Assembly (NCBI GenBank): GCA_020137815.1
Contig: CM035352.1
Coordinates: 8,556,001 to 8,620,000 of the forward strand
DNA: 64,000 nt
From: Hormiphora californensis
Taxonomy: Eukaryota > Animalia > Ctenophora
Direction of reading: 5' to 3'
Numbering within the stretch: position 1 is the first letter of the stretch; each line of letters begins with the position of its first letter. Of this stretch, positions 45,166-64,000 are shown piece after piece. Below the pieces are notes generated by a model. That model worked only from the letters and a program-made list of their open reading frames with translations, searched no databases and had not been told where the DNA came from. A program made the position numbers and the translations under genes.

Positions 45166-46394
45166 TTAATCGTCTGTTACAGTTTTGTTTTAGAAGCTTT
45201 ATTTGTGCTACGTGTGTAGCTACATGTGTTTTTTAAGGACACGAGAAAAGTATACTATAGTTAATGTAGTCTTGAGTTTTAACTTTATCTAAAAACTGGT
45301 TTGTTTCACAATGAATTAAAGCCCCCTCCCCCGCTATCATTATATTCACTACAATGTGCTCATTTCTTGACCAAACCCCACGTTTTATGCAGAAGCAGGG
45401 GTCGAGCAAGGCAAGTAGAAGCAGTGGGGCAGCAGGCAGAACATGACCTTCCCTTTCTGTTTCAGTGGAGGGAGCGAGCCAATAGGACTAGCACGCGCAG
45501 GTTGATAAACAGTTGAGTATGGTAGTGTCAGCTATGTGGTGTGCGCGGCACAACTCTCAACACACGTTTCACAGGTAACAACAACTTGTTATTGTTGGTG
45601 CGCACACGCGAAATAAGTTTTAATGCGATGCAAATGAGCGCGCGTTTTAGAAATTGACGCGCGCTCACGGTGAATCTTCAAATAAAAATTTCAAAACCTT
45701 TTTTTTGTTTTTTTTTGTTTTAGAATTTTCTTAGAAAAGCGTTGAAAAGCGCTGCCTTATCCCGCGCTGCGCGTGGGCCAGCAACGTTTGCCAAAGAAAA
45801 GCGCTGCCTTATCCCGCCAGCAACGTTTGCCAAGAATTTTCTACTCAGCACAACCGCACACGTGTTCCTTTCGCTCAGCACTGAAGGACAGCACTGGCAA
45901 TGAATTCCATTCTTCCAGTGCTCGGAACGAGCTCAGGTTATAAAAATGCTAATTCCGCTGAAAATTTTCGGGTTGCTTCGCCCTCTCGACCCCCAATAGG
46001 GCTTGCAGCACGTGGGCCCTGTTCATGGGGGCTCTGCCACCTACACGCTCCGCCCCTGGTCCCCTTTGTGGGGGCTCTGCCCCTATCCTGGTTATCCTGG
46101 ACCTACACTCGCGGACGCGGCTAAAAGCTGCGTACCGGCCACCGCCCCTGCACTGATGGCAGACTGGATTTGTTTTGACAGACTATTTTTATTGATGCCT
46201 TCCGGCTTTCGTCTTACCAAATTATCTATTTTTGCGAAACCTTTAAGTAGTGTAGAGACGTGGAGAATTGTATCTTACTGCTTGTTTTCCTACCTGAACC
46301 GTTTCACTATATCTTTTGAGGCGATCTACTAATAATATAATCACTTAAGGCATGTGGTTTAAGTAACAGAATGTAATCATCAACAAACCCCGCA

Positions 46395-56361
<9,967 letters not shown>

Positions 56362-56691
56362 TATCTTTGTCTTTATTGGTTCTCTTCCATCCTTCTCTTC
56401 TTTCGAATTTATCAACCTTCTATACGTTCCATTTCGTTCCGTCCCATAGTGATATTGCCAGGTTCTATCTGCGGTCTTTCTCACAACTCTTAATGATTGT
56501 ATATCCTCTCTCCATCTTGTGTGTTGCTCATAAAGTCATTCAATTGGCCGCTCCAGTGTGTCTCATACTTTTTAAAAGAAACATGTTACTAGTTAGAAAG
56601 CGGAGCATAAAAAATATATATGTACAGTATAATATATCTTCACTCTCACATACACCTATCTTCTGAGTTCTACCAGCGTTGAATGGATATA

Positions 56692-56766
56692 CAGTCGGAC
56701 CCCGACTTATCGGGGTGCTCACTGCTCGGGGGAAAGGGTGTTGCCCGGTAAATCGGGGTCCGACTG
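56692..56766. mobile_element. 75-bp Tc1/mariner-type micro-MITE with TA flanks
   Basis: TA|CAGTCGGACCCCGA ... TCGGGGTCCGACTG|TA. Confidence 0.8.
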
Positions 56767-56788
56767 TACATGTTTCAATGATCTAAAT

Positions 56789-57340
56789 CTAGTTAAAAAG
56801 GGGCTGCTCATAACTACAATGATAAAACAGGGTACTAGCAAAGGCCACAGCGGTGGGAAACGTTAACAGGGAAATCAGTACAAGATCAGATTGTGCTAGG
56901 TAAAGGGACATAACATACCACACACACGCAACACACTCACCACACCATGCAACACCAAATATCAGGGTAACACGTGAGGGGTCAATGTGTTTCCTAATTA
57001 TTGGCGGCATTGTATTTAGCATACCCGGTATAATAGCGATAAGGGCACACACAAACACATAGAGGGCCCGCTGGCCCCTCACACATAACATTAGGATCTG
57101 GAGGAGGACCGCTGAGCCGTTACCTATCATAAGGAGGAGCCAGAACGGGATGTGATCCCCCGATAGGCCCCAAAACACCCGACCTATCGCACCGATAAGG
57201 GGCAGGGATAGGCCGACTGTACTGAAGAACTTGTCATAGTGTTTGTATAGGGAAAGCCGCATAGCGAAATCTTTGTAAAGGTCAAAAGCACAGAGAGTCG
57301 TTGTTCCGACCGTCACAGAGCTGAGAAAAAGGACGCACAC
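56789..57340 (-). CDS. C-terminal half of an MFS transporter (oxalate:formate antiporter/MCT-like); upstream exons not found
   Basis: About six TM segments and the MFS loop motif GRVFWGLSGD; preceded by a TTTCAG acceptor. Confidence 0.65.
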   Translation of the reverse strand: MCVLFLSSVTVGTTTLCAFDLYKDFAMRLSLYKHYDKFFSTVGLSLPLIGAIGRVFWGLSGDHIPFWLLLMIGNGSAVLLQILMLCVRGQRALYVFVCALIAIIPGMLNTMPPIIRKHIDPSRVTLIFGVAWCGECVACVWYVMSLYLAQSDLVLISLLTFPTAVAFASTLFYHCSYEQPLFN

Positions 57341-57469
57341 TGAAATGGAGTCTGATGTTAATGCTGGGTGTTAGATAGGGTGTTAGTAGGGTGTTAGTAG
57401 GGTGTTAATACGGTGGTACTTATAGTTGGGTTGTCAGTATAAATTATCAGTGGGATGAATTGGGTACTA

Positions 57470-58490
57470 CAGGGTGTCCCACTGTCTTTGCGTGACCTGC
57501 GATTACTGGTCATGACCGGGTTCCGTCAAATTAATCAAAACTTATCGAAAAATTGGTCAAAATGGTTCTAACAAAAACCAGTGTTCTAGACAATTGTCTG
57601 GCGAACATTTTGGTTGCAAGATTGACTTTCCAAGTCTTACCAATCGTCAGATATATCGTCGTAAAGTCAAAATTACGTGTTCATGAAATCCGACCGGGGT
57701 TTACGTTTTGAAAAATTCACAAATGCAAAGTTGCTCGGATCACATTGCATCCCTCGTAAGAGTTGTAGGAAATTGTCTGGCGGTCATTTTGGTACCCGGG
57801 TTTTTGACCTAGCTAAATGTTTAGAGTGTCTTATGACTGTCTAAAGACGAAATTCAACCAGCATTTTTGAGGGGATCACGTTTCATCAACAAATGGGTAA
57901 AATGATTTGAAATTTACAAGAGCTTCATTGGAATCGTCTAAGGTTCATTTTGATACCATGGTTTTTTCCATAGCTCTACGTTTAAGTTGCGTTATGACTG
58001 TAGGAACATGAAGATTTTTCTGTATGCTGAGTCTTAGTTGGTATCGGCTCACAACCCCTAATTAGGTGGCTCGGTGTCGTGTGTAATCCCATGATAATCA
58101 GCATATATCGTCTCAATTTCATCTAGACACTTGACAGGGTTGTTATGACGATTTGGCAAGGCCCCTGTTAATGTGTAGGATACGCAAGTGATCTATCTCA
58201 ACCCTATCATGCACTAAGATGTTATTCAAGCAGCTATGAGCTTCATAACAGGGCAAAATGCAATGCGATACCTGAGAGCACTTTTGGGAAAATTCCAGTT
58301 CTGACAGTCATAAGACACTCTAAACATTGAGCTAGGATAAAAACCCGGGTACCAAAATGACCGCCAGACAATTTCCTACAACTCTTATGAGGAATGCAAT
58401 GTGATCCGAGCAACTTTGCATTTGTGAATTTTTCAAAACGTAAACCCCGGTCGGATTTCATGAACACGTAATTTTGACTTTACGACGATA
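57470..58490. mobile_element. Truncated Tc1/mariner-like foldback remnant
   Basis: Left terminus TA|CAGGGTGTCCCA; inverted repeat of about 190 bp (57652-57840 vs 58304-58490); right terminus missing. Confidence 0.6.
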
Positions 58491-60039
58491 CACTATGTGG
58501 TCATGTCCGATAGAAATCCGCGCAAATTTTTTTGTGGGACGCGCAAAAACATCGCGCGCCGCGGCTTGCCAGTTTTACTGCGCGCGCTACTTTTTTGCCG
58601 AACATGCTATTTCAAGCTGAAATAACTTTGCTCATCTCCACGGAAACGAAAAATGCCGCCAAAGCTCTTTCATGTCAGACCTTTTCAGTTACACTTTTTG
58701 TTCAGTCAATCTTGCACTGTTTCCTTGCTTTGCTCACTTAACTAGGCTTTTGTTTTTACGCTTGCCTTGCGTTCGCTTTTCATAGTCAGTCCATGAAGTA
58801 GAAATAGTACTAATATAGTATTGAAAATGCAATGAGCTCTTCTAGATATTTGACACTTTGTAATTGATGGCCATCTATCTCTCTCTACTATCTGTCTCCG
58901 AGAGTTAAACTTTCTAGATTAAGTTAACTCTCATCATCAATCTAGTCGACTGGAAATATAACCAAATCCAACTTTTAATTACACACAATCCTCTACGGCC
59001 AATTTACGAACAAGACTGAGACATCAAACTAACAAAATAATATTTTCAGGTCCACCAAAACTACGCCACGGTCGGGTTCGCCTAAAGATCGGGAGGGAAC
59101 TCTTTTCAATTCTTCTGATTTCGTTCTGTTGTTGGCTGGCCCAACGTTTCTGAAAAACTGTGAAAATCTTTAGAAATACCGGGATTCAAGAGAGTGTAAA
59201 TTTGTGTTGCACTGTTAATATTCTTGTTATCTGGATATAAGTGGTTTATCTGTATTTTAGGAAAGGAGGTTCTAGAAAGCTCAACATAACGAATCGGTAG
59301 ATTATACCCCCACTACACCTTTGTACATCAATTCCTCGCATCGTCATTTGCATCGAGAGGACAGGGTGTATTTTCTGAAATCCAACTTCCGTGACATGAT
59401 GGGGTCTACCGACATTTCCCAAATTGTAGAGAGCTTGGCGCGGTGCGCGCAGTTGAACTGGCAGGCTGCGTAGTAATATGTTCGCAAAAGGCAAGCTTCC
59501 CCTCGTCCGACCCGAAGTTGGAATCATATGGGTTTAGTTTGTCGAACCGGCAAGTTGCTAACATTTTCAAATCTTCAATACTTCTCAAATGATCCCATAC
59601 TTTCAGTTAATCCCAAAATCCTATTAAAAATAGAGACCAAAATAACGGCACCAAACTGTGAAATGCCCTTGCATTAGTGCGAGAAGAATAAAATCAATTT
59701 TCTATCTAAAGGCCGAGTTTATAGCAAGAAAGGACTATTTTACAACGAATTCTCTGGTTAGTATGGTAACCAACTCCGTTGTCATGGTAAATCAATCGAA
59801 CTCATTCGGTTCTATCGCCAGCAACTGGATGAAAATTTATCCATTTCATTATGCACAATGCACAGGCTTTGGTTACGAAGTTACCCCTTGCCAGCGTGTG
59901 CACGCGAAGGTCGCCCGGCGACAGAGTGTGAGGTGTCTTCGATACCAAGCACAGGCTTGTGTAACAAAAAGGGGCGTTTTTATAGCTTATTGTTCATCAT
60001 AACCTGAAATAAATGATTTTCATTACTTTCACAAAGGCT

Positions 60040-60920
60040 CAAAGTTTGAATATCAAATTTGCCAAAATTGTGCAGGGGCCACCCCAAAATTAATCTCTAA
60101 GTAATTAATTAATTAATTTTGACTCTTCCCACTTTCTGTAGATTATATTATATGTTTTATGCAGAAGAACATTCCTAGAAAGTTTCAAGTCGATATTTTA
60201 AGCAGAACGGAAAAATAATTTAGTGCATGGGCAAACAAAATGGTGCAAGGGCACATGTTCAGGGGAAATTGCACAAATTGTGCAAGGGCAAATTTTGATT
60301 AATTTGCCTATAATTAATTACCTAATTGATTATTTAATCATACGGCTCTTCTAGTACTCGTAGTTATGCTACTAGAACAGTCATAGAAAGTTGTGTCAAA
60401 ATATTAAACGGTGTGGACACAGTTCGATCATAAAATTGGTGCAAGGGCTGCCCTTGCACCATTTGCCCTTGCACATTGCCTGCCCTTGCACCAAATTCCA
60501 TTTTTTGCACGGCTCTAACTAACTAATTAATTAATTTTGACTATTCCCACTTTTCGAACATCATCTTTTATGATTGAAGAACATTCCTACAAAGTTTCAA
60601 GTCGATATTTTAAGCAGAACGGAAAATAGAATTTGGTGCAAGGGCGCGGTGCAAGGGACAGAACACGCAATGTGCAGGGCACGGTGCCCTTGCACCATTT
60701 TTAATTACCTATAATTAATTAATTAATTAAAAATTCAAAATCCGCCAACGTCATGACAAAAAGGAATACTACAAGAACATGCCTACAAAATTTCAAGTCG
60801 ATATCTCAAACGGTGTGGCCACAATCGTTGACATGTTTTTTGCCCCCCCCCCCCCCCCAAAAAGACCTTTCTTTGTTCTTAATAGGGCCGGATTTTTGGG
60901 TTTTTGTGCAAGGGCAAAAA
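60040..60920. repeat. Composite repeat with GTGCAAGGGC motifs in both orientations and a triplicated TTTCAAGTCGATAT block; probable non-autonomous transposon
   Basis: Visible sub-repeats at about 60170, 60580 and 60775, plus more than 10 GCAAGGG/CCCTTGC motifs. Confidence 0.6.
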
Positions 60921-61364
60921 TTTTTTTTTTCTTTTTTTCGTTTTTTGCTGTTTTCTTCGGGTCGGAGGTGCCTGCCGGCACCTAAATGCGCTGACAAGGG
61001 TCATTTGGTAGACGTGATTCAGCCTCCCTGCTCCTGTCAGGCCAAAGCTCTGACAGCCCTGCTCTGTGCCTGTTGGTACTCTCCTCCTGTAGCGGGAAAA
61101 GATCAGAACGGTGCCTAACTGGTCTTTATGGTTTCATTGCCAGTTTTGGGGAGAAAAGAAAGAACTTGGATTTAAACAATATCTGCCAAAACAATTCGAC
61201 ACACATAGCAATAACACAACATAATATTCATTTTATATTCACAAATGGATTGATATTGCTATATTATGCTAGGTCATAACACTGACAGTACACTCCCCCT
61301 TCTTTCTGAGAAAGTTTCTTCATTCAACTGTAAAAAGTTCCTTTTCGTCCCTCAATTTTACAAT

Positions 61365-62013
61365 TCAGAGTTTCTTGCCCGCCACTTCGACAGCATCAGG
61401 TCCGTATGTTACGTGATATGTGAGCCAGAACATAATTAGAGGTTGAATAAAGGCAATTAGGAGGAGTAGGTTGTTCCGTCTCTTGCTTCCATGTGCAATT
61501 CGGTCTGAACCGGCCGCATCAGGAAGAATGATGTAGCGCAACGTACAAATCTGAAAATAGAGAAATAGTTATTATGCGTGGGATAACATCTACCTGGGTC
61601 CAGGATCGGATAACCCCATGCATACCCCAAACGACCGGATATTATTGGCGAGTAGATCATGCGTTTATACGAGGTATAAATATACTTGGATCTACTCAGA
61701 CTGACTACTCTCCCTCCCCCATAATCTATTTACTACATCATACATGTATTATATGATGTATTAGTTGGCCACATTGATGCCTGAGTGAGATCGAGGTCGC
61801 GCAGCGACCGAGATCGATCTCACATACATTCTTCGCGGAGCGAGAATAGGTTGCAATGGAGCCAAATGTATTAGATCATGTATGCATTGTAGTGACAATC
61901 TACTACATGATGCACTCACCAGGAAATATACAATGGCAGCGCTGCTGTAGAGAAAGGCCAGATAGTACCCCATGGTACCGAGAAATATCGCCATCGTAAC
62001 ACAGATTATCATA
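61365..62013 (-). CDS. YIF1: YIF1 (Yip1-interacting factor), last two exons 62013-61920 and 61550-61365; upstream exons lie off the window
   Basis: MIICVTMAIFLGTMGYYLAFLYSSAAIVYFL/ICTLRYIIL...KRRNNLLLLIAFIQPLIMFWLTYHV matches the recalled YIF1 C-terminus; phases agree. Confidence 0.85.
61765..61865. mobile_element. 101-bp micro-MITE with exact 9-bp TSD ATGTATTAG (Mutator-like)
   Basis: ATGTATTAG|TTGGCCACATTG ... CAATGGAGCCAA|ATGTATTAG. Confidence 0.75.
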
Positions 62014-62261
62014 CTGAAAGGGTGGGTAATTGTTAGTGGTGGGACACACAGGGTCGTGGTAGTTCTGTGGTACCCTTCATGGGGTGACTCTGCAGTCTGC
62101 TTCCCATTGTCTGGCGCCGCCGACCCCATCTGAGCGCACTGTGAGAATCAAATGGGGGTATGACGCCGCCATACAGGCTTCCCAGCCATTGACACACGAA
62201 GGGTACCACCCAACAACCAAAATTATTTTCCTGCTGTAGAGTAGCTGAATCACGTGATCTA

Positions 62262-62395
62262 CTGGTACTGGACAGTAGTCCAAGGTACTGGACAGTAGTC
62301 CAAGGTACTCGACAGTAGTCCAAGGTACTCGACAGTAGTCCAAGGTACTGGACAGTAGTCCAAGGTACTCGACAGTAGTCCAAGGTACTGGACAG
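62262..62395. repeat. 20-bp minisatellite (GACAGTAGTCCAAGGTACTG/C), about 6.5 copies
   Basis: Directly visible. Confidence 0.95.
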
Positions 62396-62404
62396 CGAGA
62401 GTTA

Positions 62405-64000
62405 TGTACTATATAAATCCTATGTTTGTAAAGACCAGCTCATTCCATTACTTTGGTCAGAACTTTGTATTACTTGTACTATACAGATCCAGCCATACCT
62501 CCGACTCCTATCTGACGCCTATCCGACTCCTATCCGACTCCTATCCGACTCCTATCCGACTCCTATCCGACTCTGAGGTCTGCCCTACTCAACGCCTTCT
62601 ACGGGACCAGATCCACTACGAGACCTACTCTACTACGACCAGCGCCTTCTACGAGACCGGATCCACTACAAGGCCTGCTCTACTACCGCGACCAGGTACG
62701 AACTATAAGGGTTCCTACACTAGACATCACAGTACAAGTTACAATACACTAACACTACAAAGTGGTGCTGTGACGTAGTTTGTGTATTGTACGCATAAAG
62801 TGGCTAATTCATATTGTATTGACAGTGACATCAACCAGACAAGACTATCACAAGATTCCGATTTTTCTATCAGCTCAGACAGTTTAAATTTAAGTTTAGA
62901 ACTAGACGATTATTTCTTTACTCCAATAAAAGGGGGTGAAACACATAGTGAGCAAAAAGAAAATTTAAGTTATTACGAAGAGATCGTTGTCATGGCACAG
63001 GATGACCCGGCTGATATTAAACCGCAGGATACTAATACATCCACTGCCAATGCCTCTGCACCGAAATTTACCGAAGAAGAAGTCAAGGTTAAATTTAGGG
63101 ACATGCGCCGAGAATTTACCACAAACTATGCTGCTGCAAATAAACCCAGAACTTTTGACGAAAAAACAATGAGCATCTCTAAATTTATCAAAACTTTTGA
63201 TGATTATAAAGATCTAATCTCTCTGAGTAGAGAGAAAGTATTTAGCAGTTTTTTGACTTATCTCTCAGAGAGAGAAAAAGACAAAATTTACGCTCTCAAA
63301 CTCACACCAAACCAAAAGGTCGATTGGGAGAGTGTAAAACCTGCAATTATTAGCGCGCTCACACCAAAAACTCAAAAAATGGCCACTAAAGTTGAACTTC
63401 GCAAATCGAAACAAGGCGAGGAGGAAACAGCTCTGGACTTCTTCGAAAGACTCGTCAAGTTAACAGACAAATACTACGACAGCGTTAACACCCCGAATCT
63501 CTCAGATGTTGAGAGAGACATTGAAAAGAAGATGAAAGATCGGTTACTTCGGGAAACTTTCCTGTACGGCCTCAAGACGCACGACTATCTGCAGACGTTT
63601 CTTGCCTGAAAGACGTCACGAACAGCAGCTGGCAGAAATCACCATGGAGCGAGAACTAGCACTCAAAGAAGCAATGCTAGCCCGACAGAAAGAAGACAAG
63701 GGTAGTATTGTCACACTACCCATCCCAGCTGTAGATCTAGCCAAGGGGAAACACACATGCCACCTGTACTCACCATAAAACCACCGGTGGAAACAACCAA
63801 GTCGAACGAGCGGAGTAATAACAACATGGACGCATGCTACTCATGTGGGAAATACGGTCATTTCGCCAGAGACTGCCCCTCAAAACAATCAAGAGGACCA
63901 CCACCCTCACCGTGTAGAAAGTGTGGAGGTTGGCACTGGAATAATGAATGCCGGTCCTCAGAAGTACGCATCAAACAACACCAGCAGCCGTTCCAGCAGC
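62405..64000 (+). mobile_element. 5' part of an LTR retrotransposon (Ty3/gypsy-like) in a YIF1 intron: LTR 62405-62759, PBS 62763-62774, disrupted gag from 62992
   Basis: TGTA...TACA-bounded LTR with an internal 11-bp repeat; PBS TGGTGCTGTGAC (tRNA-His-like); gag-like ORF with KQGEEETALDF and zinc knuckles CYSCGKYGHFARDC and CRKCGGWHWNNEC; stops/frameshifts near 63600-63750. Confidence 0.82.

Noticed and set aside
59050-59600. Coding-like minus-strand segment
   Set aside because: Fragmented frames with no recognisable family; cannot be supported as gene or pseudogene.
63600-63615. Programmed stop-codon readthrough in gag
   Set aside because: A second in-frame stop follows and the plausible coding frame changes in between, which fits decay or sequencing indels better.

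Overview
Eukaryotic (animal) genomic DNA with GT-AG introns, many (AG)n microsatellites and palindromic non-autonomous transposons. Gene style suggests a compact invertebrate genome, possibly ctenophore, but that cannot be proven from this window. Genes reconstructed by manual splicing: a FERM/band-4.1 protein (5' part), TMEM187, a secreted VWC/TIL Cys-rich protein, V-ATPase subunit e, four tandem SLC22-like transporters, an intronless DNAAF9 (C20orf194), Derlin-2, a PLXDC/TEM7-like receptor, an MFS fragment and the 3' end of YIF1. Mobile DNA includes two near full-length CR1/L2-group LINEs, three ~1.3-1.4 kb foldback elements, many micro-MITEs and the 5' end of an LTR retrotransposon. The standout is a 3-exon gene (41806-43475, 215 aa) that appears to encode a mitochondria-targeted homologue of the bacterial nuclease inhibitor NuiA, a candidate EndoG-type nuclease inhibitor. 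Its first intron holds a tRNA-Leu(UAG) gene preceded by 13 tandem copies of a unit joining the splice donor to the tRNA 5' end. Other signals: recurrent tandem duplication of exon-intron junctions, splice acceptors just upstream of most start codons (trans-splicing/operon-like), a U_UUU_UUA -1 frameshift candidate in one LINE and a degenerate 2A-like NPGP in the other. Two stretches look like low-quality read sequence, so some frameshifts may be assembly errors. All homology calls come from recalled family motifs, not database searches.
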